Assembly (NCBI GenBank): GCA_963205375.1
Contig: CAUJJV010000020.1
Span: forward strand, 1-39,917
Source: Pseudomonadota bacterium
GTDB taxonomy: Bacteria > Pseudomonadota > Gammaproteobacteria > Burkholderiales > Burkholderiaceae_C
Direction of reading: 5' to 3'
DNA: 39,917 bases
The translations under genes were made by a program, and so were the position numbers. Of the stretch, positions 9,539-19,770 are shown in pieces. Under the pieces are notes generated by a model. The model was not told where the DNA came from and ran no database searches. It saw nothing but the letters and a program-made list of their open reading frames with translations. Within the stretch, counting starts at the first letter, position 1. Each line of letters opens with the position of its first letter.

Positions 9539-9835
9539 GTGCAGAAATCCAGTGGGCTATCAAACAAATGTGGTGGTTGGCTGCATTGACACACGGCCTG
9601 TAGCCCCCGAAACGCGATGATTATCGCACCCTGGCTGAGACTTTTTGGGTCCTCAAGTGAAACAGGGTGCATCTGGTGCGATAATGCACCTTGCACATCA
9701 AAAGGCAAACGGGGCCTGGTTCGGCGCAATATTCAATGCGCCCATGGCTTGGTCCTCAAGTCCCGACGCGACGCCACAAGTGTTTGCGAAGGGGCACCCA
9801 AGGTTTTTCGTCAGAGAAATTCACAAAGGTTCATC

Positions 9836-11626
9836 ATGGAAATTTCAAAAGCCGAAATCGCTTCGGCAACAGCTGCGTCCCAAAACAAATCCACCACCGC
9901 CAGCACACAAGAGCTTCGCGGCGCTGAGGTGTTAGTCAAAGCGCTTCAGGCAGAAGGCGTCAAGTACATCTGGGGCTACCCGGGTGGTTCCGTTCTCCAC
10001 ATTTACGATGCTTTTTACAAGCAGGACACCATTCAACACGTTCTGGTGCGCCATGAGCAAGCTGCTGTGCATGCTGCTGATGGCTATGCGCGCGCCACGG
10101 GTGATGTGGGGGTTGCACTGGTAACGTCCGGGCCTGGCGTAACCAACGCAGTCACTGGTATTGCAACGGCCTACATGGACAGCATTCCCTTGGTGGTGAT
10201 TACCGGCCAGGTGCCTACCCATGCCATCGGACTGGACGCATTTCAGGAGTGCGATACCGTGGGTATCACCCGCCCTATCGTCAAACACAACTTCCTGGTC
10301 AAAGATGCCAACGACTTGGCCGAGACGATCAAGAAGGCATTCCACATCGCCCGCAGTGGCCGACCAGGCCCTGTGGTGATTGACATCCCCAAGGATGTGT
10401 CGTTCAAAAAGGTGCCGTACGCGGGCTACCCCACATCGGTGGAGATGCGGTCTTATAACCCCGTCCGCAAAGGCCATGGTGGCCAAATTCGCAAGGCCTT
10501 GCAACTCTTGCTGACCGCCAAGCGCCCCTATATTTACACGGGCGGTGGTGTGTTGCTGAGCAACGCTTCGGAAGAGTTGCGTACTTTGGTGGATATGCTG
10601 GGTTATCCCTGCACGAATACGCTCATGGGACTGGGCGCTTACCCCGCCAGTGACCGCAAATTCCTGGGCATGCTGGGCATGCACGGAACCGTAGAAGCCA
10701 ACAATGCCATGCAGAACTGCGACGTGTTGCTTGCGGTGGGAGCCCGGTTTGATGACCGCGTGATTGGCAACCCGAAACACTTTGCGCAGAACGAACGCAA
10801 GATCATTCACATAGATATTGATCCGTCCAGTATTTCCAAGCGCGTGAAGGTGGACATTCCGATTGTCGGTGACGTCAAGGATGTACTGGGCGAAATGATC
10901 GCCATGATCAAGGAAAGTGCGGTCAAGCCTGATGCCAATGCGCTGGGTGCCTGGTGGGAAACGATTGACGGCTGGCGCGAACGCAATTGCCTGAAATATG
11001 ACCGTGGCAATAAAGACGTTATCAAGCCACAATATGTGGTGGAAACGCTCTGGGACATGACTAAAGACGCCGATACCTATATCACTTCGGACGTAGGTCA
11101 GCACCAGATGTGGGCTGCGCAGTATTACCGCTTTGATGAGCCGCGACGCTGGATTAATTCGGGAGGGCTGGGGACCATGGGCGTCGGTATTCCTTACGCC
11201 ATGGGTATCAAACTGGCCAAACCTGACAGCGAGGTGTTTTGCATTACGGGCGAAGGTTCAGTGCAGATGTGTATCCAGGAGCTCTCGACCTGCCTGCAGT
11301 ACAACACTCCCATCAAGATTTGTGCCCTGAACAATCGCTATCTTGGCATGGTCCGCCAGTGGCAGGAGTTGGACTACGAAGGTCGCTATAGCCACAGCTA
11401 TATGGATGCCTTGCCCAACTTCGTCAAGCTGGCAGAGGCCTACGGCCACGTTGGCATGCTCATCGAGCGTCCGCAAGACGTTGAGCCAGCATTGCGTGAG
11501 GCGCGCAAACTCAAGGACCGTACGGTGTTTATGGACTTCCGCACGGACCCCACAGAAAATGTGTTCCCCATGGTGCAAGCCGGCAAGGGCATTACGGAGA
11601 TGCTTTTGGGATCTGAAGATCTCTGA
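9836..11626 (+). CDS. ilvI: Acetolactate synthase large subunit
   Basis: GYPGG, RHEQAA, TSGPG, RFDDR, DVGQHQM and the ThDP motif GEGS...NN. Start at ATG 9836. Confidence 0.96.
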   Translation: MEISKAEIASATAASQNKSTTASTQELRGAEVLVKALQAEGVKYIWGYPGGSVLHIYDAFYKQDTIQHVLVRHEQAAVHAADGYARATGDVGVALVTSGPGVTNAVTGIATAYMDSIPLVVITGQVPTHAIGLDAFQECDTVGITRPIVKHNFLVKDANDLAETIKKAFHIARSGRPGPVVIDIPKDVSFKKVPYAGYPTSVEMRSYNPVRKGHGGQIRKALQLLLTAKRPYIYTGGGVLLSNASEELRTLVDMLGYPCTNTLMGLGAYPASDRKFLGMLGMHGTVEANNAMQNCDVLLAVGARFDDRVIGNPKHFAQNERKIIHIDIDPSSISKRVKVDIPIVGDVKDVLGEMIAMIKESAVKPDANALGAWWETIDGWRERNCLKYDRGNKDVIKPQYVVETLWDMTKDADTYITSDVGQHQMWAAQYYRFDEPRRWINSGGLGTMGVGIPYAMGIKLAKPDSEVFCITGEGSVQMCIQELSTCLQYNTPIKICALNNRYLGMVRQWQELDYEGRYSHSYMDALPNFVKLAEAYGHVGMLIERPQDVEPALREARKLKDRTVFMDFRTDPTENVFPMVQAGKGITEMLLGSEDL

Positions 11627-11650
11627 AGGCCGCTTTACTATCCATTTTTT

Positions 11651-11717
11651 GACGAATCTATTGTCTGCCAAGCCCTGCAGTTACCGTTGCAGGGGGAGGG
11701 CAGCGAAAAGAGGAATC
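11651..11717 (+). ncRNA. Structured cis-element in the ilvI-ilvH spacer (candidate ilvH RNA motif)
   Basis: Nested stems CTGCC(11665-69)/GGCAG(11699-703) and CCCTGCA(11673-79)/TGCAGGG(11688-94), directly 5' of the ilvH RBS. Location matches the betaproteobacterial ilvH motif; no covariance model was run. Confidence 0.5.
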
Positions 11718-11724
11718 GGTACCT

Positions 11725-13259
<1,535 letters not shown>

Positions 13260-13277
13260 TTCGTTGGTTCTTGTCCG

Positions 13278-13307
13278 CAAAGGCCACTTCGGTGGCCTTT
13301 GTCATTT
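13278..13307 (+). terminator. Intrinsic terminator after ilvC
   Basis: CAAAGGCCAC-TTCG-GTGGCCTTTG 10-bp stem with a UUCG loop and an imperfect U tail. Confidence 0.75.
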
Positions 13308-13425
13308 GGGGGGATACTGCCACCTGGCGGGCGACTGGCTTACACTTCGCCGAGACAATGGGACACTGCACATTGGTGCGTGTCAAGGGTATCAGGGTCA
13401 TGGACTCCGAACATGAGAAAACAGT

Positions 13426-14241
13426 ATGCATGATGGAATTGATTCAAACGAGACGCACAACGATGCAGTTGTGATCCGCAAGCGCCGCAAAGGTATTTAT
13501 GTCCTGCCGAACCTGTTTACGCTGGCAGCGCTTTTTGGCGGCTTCTATGCCATCGTGATGGCCATGAATGGCCGCTTCGATCTCGCGGCGGTAGGGGTTT
13601 TCTGTGCGATGGTGCTGGATAGCCTGGATGGTCGCGTGGCACGCATGACCAACACCCAGAGTGCTTTCGGAGAGCAAATGGATTCACTGTCCGACATGGT
13701 CTCCTTTGGCGCAGCACCTGCTCTGATTTCTTATGTCTGGGCGCTCAAGGGATTGGGGCGTTGGGGCTGGTTTGCCGCCTTCGTCTATTGCGCATGTGCG
13801 GCGTTGCGACTAGCACGGTTCAATGTGAATACGACGGTCGTTGACAAGCGCTATTTTCAGGGTTTGCCGTCACCTGCCGCCGCCGCCCTGGTCGCCGGGT
13901 TTATCTGGCTGGCGACCGATTTAGGAATGCAGGGTCCTGACTTGGCTTGGCCTATGTTTGCGTTGGCACTGTACGCAGGCCTGACAATGGTCACCAACGT
14001 TCCGTTTTACAGCTTCAAGGACATCAGCATGAAGCGCAGCGTTCCTTTTGCGGTCATTGTTCTGATCGCGTTGGGAATTGCTGTTATCAACATCGACCCG
14101 CCGACCGTTATGTTCAGCGTGTTTGTAGTCTATGGACTTAGTGGTTATGTTGTCTACGGTGTCCGTAAGGCCCGTGGCGTGCAGACCAGCGTGATCAGCA
14201 CATCCACGGACGAGCCGGATGAGCGGGGGCTCCACAAGTAG
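13426..14241 (+). CDS. pssA: CDP-diacylglycerol--serine O-phosphatidyltransferase
   Basis: LPNLFT, DSLDGRVAR...FGEQMDSLSDMVSFG, LRLARFN and FQGLPSP motifs. Confidence 0.94.
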   Translation: MHDGIDSNETHNDAVVIRKRRKGIYVLPNLFTLAALFGGFYAIVMAMNGRFDLAAVGVFCAMVLDSLDGRVARMTNTQSAFGEQMDSLSDMVSFGAAPALISYVWALKGLGRWGWFAAFVYCACAALRLARFNVNTTVVDKRYFQGLPSPAAAALVAGFIWLATDLGMQGPDLAWPMFALALYAGLTMVTNVPFYSFKDISMKRSVPFAVIVLIALGIAVINIDPPTVMFSVFVVYGLSGYVVYGVRKARGVQTSVISTSTDEPDERGLHK

Positions 14242-14288
14242 ACATCCCGGCGGAATAGCCTGATTCATTTTGTGCTACATTGAAGTCC

Positions 14289-14345
14289 ATGCAATCTTCC
14301 ACCCTAGACCTAACACTGCTACGCCACCACGGGCGGAAGAAATAG
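14289..14345 (+). CDS. Leucine leader peptide MQSSTLDLTLLRHHGRKK
   Basis: 18-codon uORF upstream of leuA with four Leu codons (CTA, CTA, CTG, CTA). Not in the ORF track. Confidence 0.8.
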   Translation: MQSSTLDLTLLRHHGRKK

Positions 14346-14364
14346 CGCACGCTTTTTTTCTACA

Positions 14365-14403
14365 GGGGCCCGTTAGCATTCGCAACGGGCCTTTTGTGTT
14401 TTT
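14365..14403 (+). terminator. Attenuator terminator of the leuA leader
   Basis: GGCCCGTT(14367-74)/AACGGGCC(14384-91) followed by TTTTGTGTTTTT. An alternative pairing with ACGGGC(14329-34) would form the antiterminator. Confidence 0.8.
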
Positions 14404-14450
14404 GCGGTGCCGGCGGGGACCAAGACCATTGAAATACCAGGAGAACCACC

Positions 14451-15989
14451 ATGGCTGACAAATTGATCATCTTTGATACCACCTTGCGTGACGGAGAGCA
14501 GTCCCCGGGCGCTTCCATGACCCGCGATGAGAAGCTGCGTATTGCCAGGCAGCTTGAGCGGCTCAAGGTCGATGTGATCGAGGCTGGTTTCGCGGCCAGC
14601 TCCAATGGTGATTTCGAAGCAGTCCAACTGATCGCAAATACCATCAAGGACTCTACCGTGTGTTCGCTCTCACGGGCCAATGACCGTGATATCTCCCGGG
14701 CAGCGGAAGCTCTCAAGGGTGCGGATCGCGCACGCATCCATACGTTTATTGCGACTTCCCCTTTGCACATGGAGAAGAAGCTGCGCATGACGCCAGACCA
14801 GGTATTTGAGCAGGCCAAACAGTCCGTTCGGTTTGCGCGCAATCTGTTGGGCGACATCGAGTTCAGTCCTGAAGATGGCTATCGCAGCGATATGGACTTT
14901 CTCTGCCGTGTGCTTGAAGCTGTCATCACCGAAGGTGCAACAACCATCAATGTGCCGGACACCGTGGGCTATGCCGTGCCAGAACTCTATGGCAACTTCA
15001 TCAAGACCTTGCGTGAGCGCATCCCCAACTCTGACAAGGCTATCTGGTCGGTTCATTGCCACAACGACCTGGGTATGGCGGTTGCCAATTCGCTGGCAGG
15101 TGTGAAGATCGGTGGCGCACGGCAGGTAGAGTGCACTATCAACGGTCTGGGCGAGCGTGCTGGCAATTGCAGCCTCGAAGAAGTCGTCATGGCGGTGAAA
15201 ACCCGCAAGGACTATTTCGGTCTGGAGGTGGGAATTGATACGCGCCATATCCTCGCAGCCAGTCGCATGGTGAGCCAGACTACGGGTTTCGTCGTGCAGC
15301 CCAACAAGGCCGTGGTTGGTGCGAATGCTTTTGCACACGCCTCCGGTATTCACCAAGACGGTGTGCTCAAGGCGCGGGATACCTATGAAATCATGCGCGC
15401 GGAAGATGTGGGCTGGACCGCCAACAAGATTGTGCTGGGCAAACTCAGTGGCCGCAATGCGTTCAAGCAACGTCTGCAGGAGCTTGGTGTGCAGATGGAC
15501 AGCGAGGCAGAGGTCAATGCGGCTTTCACGCGCTTCAAAGAGCTGGCGGATCGCAAGAGTGAGATTTTCGACGAAGACATTCTGGCTCTGGTGAGCGAAG
15601 AAAACGTGACGAACGACAAGGAGCAATATGCTTTTGTGTCGCTGTCGCAGCACAGCGAGACCGGCGAGCGGCCACAGGCCACGATCATTTTTACGGTCGA
15701 TGGCAAGGAGGTGACTGGAACTTCAGAAGGAAACGGGCCAGTGGACGCGTCGCTCAAGGCGATCGAGATTCATGCCAAGAGTGGTGCCGAAATGGTGCTG
15801 TATTCCGTGAATGCGATCAGCGGGTCCACGGAGAGCCAGGGTGAAGTAACCGTACGTTTGCAGAACAGTGGCCGGGTTGTCAACGGCGTGGGCGCGGATC
15901 CCGACATTGTGGTTGCCTCTGCCAAAGCGTATCTGTCCGCACTGAATAAGTTGCAGAGCAAGGCAGATCGGGTTGCTGCACAGGGCTAA
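14451..15989 (+). CDS. leuA: 2-isopropylmalate synthase
   Basis: [25 protein letters not shown] and HASGIHQDG motifs, plus the C-terminal regulatory domain. Confidence 0.97.
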   Translation: MADKLIIFDTTLRDGEQSPGASMTRDEKLRIARQLERLKVDVIEAGFAASSNGDFEAVQLIANTIKDSTVCSLSRANDRDISRAAEALKGADRARIHTFIATSPLHMEKKLRMTPDQVFEQAKQSVRFARNLLGDIEFSPEDGYRSDMDFLCRVLEAVITEGATTINVPDTVGYAVPELYGNFIKTLRERIPNSDKAIWSVHCHNDLGMAVANSLAGVKIGGARQVECTINGLGERAGNCSLEEVVMAVKTRKDYFGLEVGIDTRHILAASRMVSQTTGFVVQPNKAVVGANAFAHASGIHQDGVLKARDTYEIMRAEDVGWTANKIVLGKLSGRNAFKQRLQELGVQMDSEAEVNAAFTRFKELADRKSEIFDEDILALVSEENVTNDKEQYAFVSLSQHSETGERPQATIIFTVDGKEVTGTSEGNGPVDASLKAIEIHAKSGAEMVLYSVNAISGSTESQGEVTVRLQNSGRVVNGVGADPDIVVASAKAYLSALNKLQSKADRVAAQG

Positions 15990-16122
15990 TACGTAACAAC
16001 AACAGAAAATATTCTTGAACTTTACCGTGCAAGTAGTTGATCTTACGCAACTTTTTTGTTTACACTGCAGTTTTGCACGAGGGGTTGCTGGCATCGCGCC
16101 AGCAGTTCCGTTTACAAAATAG

Positions 16123-17172
16123 TTGGGATTCCACTTGAAACGTCTAACTTTGCACCTGAGCGCCATCGCCATCATTTGGTCCATGGTGGCACTGCCAGCG
16201 CATGCTGGCGTTGAGCGCGGTCATTCTTCGGGTGTCAAGCGTGGAGTTGTGAAGAAACCGGTCGCCAAAGCCAATGTGGTTCGTAAACGGGCTGTGGCAC
16301 AGGTGGCTACCCCTCGCCAACTTTCTTTCGGGCAGTTGGCTGGCTTGCATGGCGCGTCTGACGCGCTGGCACTGCGTTCCAGTGTGGCGCTGGTCGTAGA
16401 CCAGGATACGAAAGAAGTCTTGTTCAGCAAAAATGAGTCTGCGGTCCTGCCGATTGCGTCCATTACCAAACTGATGACAGGTTTGCTCGTCAGTGAAGCG
16501 CGTCTCTCCATGGATGAGATGATCACGATTTCGCAAGAGGATGTGGATACGGAGAAGGGGAGTTCCTCACGATTGCGCGTGGGCACCGAGCTCACGCGCG
16601 GTGAGCTCCTGCATCTGGCGTTGATGGCCAGCGAAAATCGGGCAGCGCATGCCTTGGGCCGTACCTACCCGGGCGGCATGGCTACCTTTGTCGGTTTGAT
16701 GAATGCACGGGCCAGGATGCTGGGAATGAACGATACGCGCTACGTGGAACCCACGGGCCTGTCCAGCAGGAACCAGTCCAGTGCCAGAGACCTGGCAACG
16801 CTGGTGAATTTCGCATACGGTGATCCAGTATTGCGCGAGTTGTCCACTTCGACCGGGTATCAGGTAGAAGTCGGGCACCGCACACTGCAGTACAACAACA
16901 CCAATCGGCTGGTAAAGAACCCAGCGTGGGACATTGGTCTGCAAAAGACGGGCTACATTTCCGAGGCTGGCCAATGCCTGGTGATGCAGGCCAAGGTGGC
17001 AGGGCGCAAGCTGATCATGGTGTTTCTGGATTCGGCTGGCAAACTCAGCCGTATTGCTGATGCGGAGCGCGTCAAGCGCTGGATTGAGTCCAATCCAGCC
17101 AGTCTGACGCGTGCAACGCCGCTGGCTGCCCGCGAACCCGAGCATCGGGTTGCGGTTAACAGGAACTACTAG
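16123..17172 (+). CDS. pbpG: D-alanyl-D-alanine endopeptidase (PBP7-like, peptidase S11)
   Basis: IASITK (SxxK), SEN (SxN) and KTG motifs with a signal peptide. Start uncertain (16123 TTG or 16183 ATG). Confidence 0.85.
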   Translation: MGFHLKRLTLHLSAIAIIWSMVALPAHAGVERGHSSGVKRGVVKKPVAKANVVRKRAVAQVATPRQLSFGQLAGLHGASDALALRSSVALVVDQDTKEVLFSKNESAVLPIASITKLMTGLLVSEARLSMDEMITISQEDVDTEKGSSSRLRVGTELTRGELLHLALMASENRAAHALGRTYPGGMATFVGLMNARARMLGMNDTRYVEPTGLSSRNQSSARDLATLVNFAYGDPVLRELSTSTGYQVEVGHRTLQYNNTNRLVKNPAWDIGLQKTGYISEAGQCLVMQAKVAGRKLIMVFLDSAGKLSRIADAERVKRWIESNPASLTRATPLAAREPEHRVAVNRNY

Positions 17173-17957
17173 CGTCCAGGGCCGGGCTTGTGTCCCAGGG
17201 CGCTGGATATTTCCCGCGCCGTCTCCTGCAGTTTGGGAAGCCATGCATCGTCCAGACGCCCTGACGGAGCAGAGATGGACAAGCCAGCCACCAGTTTGTT
17301 CTGGTCATCGTAAATTCCCGCCGCCATACACCGCACTCCGAGTTCCAGCTCTTCGTTGTCACTGGCCTGGCCGTACTGGCGAACACGCGAAAGCTCTCGC
17401 TCCAGTGCGTCTACCGTTGTAATGCTGTTCTTGGTATGTCCTTGCAGACCTGTGCGCGTCGCATACGCACGAATGCGCTGCGGATCATCTGCGGCGAGGA
17501 ATAGCTTGCCCACCGAAGTCAGATGCAGAGGCGCCCGTCCGCCGATGGCACGGACCACCTGCATTCCCGAGCGCTCGCTGTAGGCGCGTTCCACATAAAC
17601 AATTTCATCTCCCTGGCGCATGCTCAGATTGACCGGCTGCTGGATCAGCTTGTGCAGCTCACGCATGGGTATGAGTGCTGCATCGCGGACGTTGAGCCGT
17701 CCCTTGACCAGATTTCCGAGTTCCAGCAGACGCATGCCCAGGCGGTAACTGCCAGGCTGAGGCCGGTCCACAAAGCGGCCGGTGGCCAGGTCGTTGAGGA
17801 TGCGGTGTGCGGTAGAGGGATGCAACCCAGCCTTCTCGCTGATCTCCTTGAGTGAGATAGCCTCTTCGCGCGAGGCAAGGACATCGATCAGGGTGAAAAT
17901 CCGTTCAATGACTTGAACGGCAGGGGTGGTGGGGATATCGGGATCTTTTTTAGCCAT
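17169..17957 (-). CDS. IclR family transcriptional regulator
   Basis: HTH (GLHPSTAHRIL), GGRAPLHLTSVGK, EELELGVRC and AGLSISAP. Confidence 0.93.
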   Translation of the reverse strand: MAKKDPDIPTTPAVQVIERIFTLIDVLASREEAISLKEISEKAGLHPSTAHRILNDLATGRFVDRPQPGSYRLGMRLLELGNLVKGRLNVRDAALIPMRELHKLIQQPVNLSMRQGDEIVYVERAYSERSGMQVVRAIGGRAPLHLTSVGKLFLAADDPQRIRAYATRTGLQGHTKNSITTVDALERELSRVRQYGQASDNEELELGVRCMAAGIYDDQNKLVAGLSISAPSGRLDDAWLPKLQETAREISSALGHKPGPGR

Positions 17958-17974
17958 GGTGTGATTGCCGAATC

Positions 17975-18721
17975 TTAACTCGGGCCATCACCTGCAGACC
18001 ATTGGCCGCTACGTAGTGTCTGAAAAGGGCGAAACCGCTCCTTGTAACTCATCTTGGGGCTCTGCGCTATCCAGTAGCCGAGGTAGACATACTGGAGACC
18101 AAGTTTTCTCGCCTGTTCGATTTGCCACAGCACGCAGTAGGTGCCATAGCTGCCACGCTCCTGAGCGTCGAAGAATGTGTAGACCGCGGACAGACCATCA
18201 TCCAGAACATCCAGAATCGACACCATCTTGAGGGCACCCAGCGAACCATCGGTGGTGGGCTCCCGAAACTCCACCAGACGTGAGTTGACCCGGCTCTGCA
18301 GCAGAAACTGGGTGTATTGGCTGACGCTGTCTTCGTCCATGCCGCCGCCCGCGTGGCGTTCTGCCTGGTACTGCAGGTACAGGGCGTAGTGGTCCTGCTC
18401 GAAGCCGAGCCGCAGTACACGGGGAACCAGATGCTGGTGTTTGGCCCAGGCGCGCTTCTGGCTGCGGTCTGGCTGGAATTCGGTTGCGATGACCCGCAAG
18501 GGTGTGCAGGACTGGCATCCATCGCAATAGGGCCGGTAGGTGAACATCCCGCTGCGCCGGAACCCTTTGGACACCAATTCCGAATACGTCGAGTTGTTGA
18601 TCAGGTAACTGGGGGTTGCGACTTGCGAACGCGCCAGCCGGTCAGGCAAATAGCTGCATTCATAGGGTGCCGTTGCATAGAACTGCAGGGCTTGAAGCGG
18701 TAGGTCTTTGAGGTCCGTCAC
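17975..18721 (-). CDS. bpt: Bpt / arginyltransferase-family aminoacyl-tRNA-protein transferase
   Basis: [32 protein letters not shown] and KMSYK motifs. GTG start at 18721. Confidence 0.9.
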   Translation of the reverse strand: MTDLKDLPLQALQFYATAPYECSYLPDRLARSQVATPSYLINNSTYSELVSKGFRRSGMFTYRPYCDGCQSCTPLRVIATEFQPDRSQKRAWAKHQHLVPRVLRLGFEQDHYALYLQYQAERHAGGGMDEDSVSQYTQFLLQSRVNSRLVEFREPTTDGSLGALKMVSILDVLDDGLSAVYTFFDAQERGSYGTYCVLWQIEQARKLGLQYVYLGYWIAQSPKMSYKERFRPFQTLRSGQWSAGDGPS

Positions 18722-18731
18722 GGCGAATAGA

Positions 18732-19481
18732 TCAACTGCCCAGAATGTGGTTCCAGTATAGAGGGTCAAAATGCCACGGCAGAGGGGGCTGAACACGGGC
18801 GTGTTGCACCTGATCCACAAACACCGTGCGCGGAATCTCGGCGGCGCCCATGGACGCCAGGTGGCTGGTGTTTTGCTGGCAATCGATCAGCGTAACGCCC
18901 TGTGCCCTGCAGAATGCCACCAGAGCCGCCAGCGCGATCTTGGAGGCGTCGGTTCTGTTGGCAAACATCGACTCGCCAAAAACAGCCTTGCCCAATGCCA
19001 CGCAGTACAGACCACCTGCAAGTTCGCCGTCGATCCAGGTCTCCACGCTGTGGGCCAGGCCGGCTGCATGCAGTTGCGTGTACGCGTCCACCATGGCCGG
19101 CACGATCCAGGTTCCGGCGTGTCCGCGCCGCGGAGCATGTGCGCAGGACTGTATGACCTTGGCAAAAGCAGAGTCGAAGCGGATCTCGCAATGTGCGTCC
19201 CGTACAAAGTTCTTCAGTGTCTTGCGGAGCGAGTGGTGCAGCTTGAAGTTCGCCACCTTCAGTACCATCCGCGGGTTGGTACTCCACCAGAGAACCGGCT
19301 GACCTTCACTGAACCAGGGGAAAATGCCGTTTGCGTAGGCGCGCGCCAGAGTGGGAACTGACAGATCTGCTCCGGCGGCCAGCAAACCCGGTGCATCCGA
19401 GTCCGGCCCCCATGCATTTTCGACAGGAGGAAATGAATCTGAGGGTTCCAGCCACGGTAAGGGAAATTTTGGGGTCGACAT
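18732..19481 (-). CDS. aat: Leucyl/phenylalanyl-tRNA--protein transferase
   Basis: GIFPWF, AHSVETW, FGESMF, DASKIAL and [15 protein letters not shown] motifs. Confidence 0.96.
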   Translation of the reverse strand: MSTPKFPLPWLEPSDSFPPVENAWGPDSDAPGLLAAGADLSVPTLARAYANGIFPWFSEGQPVLWWSTNPRMVLKVANFKLHHSLRKTLKNFVRDAHCEIRFDSAFAKVIQSCAHAPRRGHAGTWIVPAMVDAYTQLHAAGLAHSVETWIDGELAGGLYCVALGKAVFGESMFANRTDASKIALAALVAFCRAQGVTLIDCQQNTSHLASMGAAEIPRTVFVDQVQHARVQPPLPWHFDPLYWNHILGS

Positions 19482-19501
19482 GCGGTTAGAATACTAGCTG
19501 T

Positions 19502-19578
19502 CGGGGCGTAGCGCAGCCTGGTAGCGCATCTGCTTTGGGAGCAGAGGGTCGCGAGTTCGAATCCCGCCGCCCCGACCA
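19502..19578 (+). tRNA. tRNA-Pro (anticodon TGG)
   Basis: 77-nt cloverleaf with CGGGGCG/CGCCCCG acceptor stem, TCTGC-TTTGGGA-GCAGA anticodon arm, TTCGAAT loop and encoded CCA. Confidence 0.97.
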
Positions 19579-19587
19579 TTATTCGAT

Positions 19588-19630
19588 ACAAAGGCCCTTA
19601 AGTGTCATGACTTTAGGGCCTTTGTGCTTT
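19588..19630 (+). terminator. Terminator-like hairpin between the two tRNAs
   Basis: ACAAAGGCCCT(19588-98)/AGGGCCTTTGT(19615-25) followed by GCTTT. Confidence 0.55.
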
Positions 19631-19707
19631 GTGCCCGTAGCTCAGTCGGATAGAGCAACAGCCTTCTAAGCTGTGGGTCGGGGGTTCGATCCCCTCCGGG
19701 CACGCCA
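19631..19707 (+). tRNA. tRNA-Arg (anticodon TCT)
   Basis: 77-nt cloverleaf with GTGCCCG/CGGGCAC acceptor stem, ACAGC-CTTCTAA-GCTGT anticodon arm and encoded CCA. Confidence 0.97.
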
Positions 19708-19770
19708 CTTACATTTGTCCGCGCATTCAAGCGTAAGTCTAAGCCTCCCGAAACACTTCAGAGATCGTGC

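Noticed and set aside
9595-9609. GGCCTGTAGCCCCCG, resembling the left block of the repeat, in the ECF/ilvI spacer
   Set aside because: The TGC block and the GCT-N11-AGC dyad are absent at the required spacing. At most a half-site, so not counted as a copy.
9617-9835. Long N-terminal extensions in the ORF track (ilvI; also 2928, 26765, 29290, 35735)
   Set aside because: They overlap promoters, FNR boxes or upstream genes. Downstream ATGs fit the family N-termini better.
16037-16050. TTGAT-CTTA-CGCAA FNR-like site upstream of pbpG
   Set aside because: Only 8/10 match in an AT-rich promoter region; chance is plausible.
19550-19566. A-C mismatch in the tRNA-Pro T-stem (GCGAG/CCCGC)
   Set aside because: A single mismatch in an otherwise canonical tRNA with CCA is not evidence of a pseudogene.
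19259-19591. 110-aa minus-strand ORF ([26 protein letters not shown])
   Set aside because: Antisense translation of tRNA-Pro, a common annotation artefact.
19631-19770. tRNA-Arg / tRNA-Pro as an integration site for an island
   Set aside because: No integrase, no duplicated tRNA 3' end, and core genes on both sides. The site is empty.
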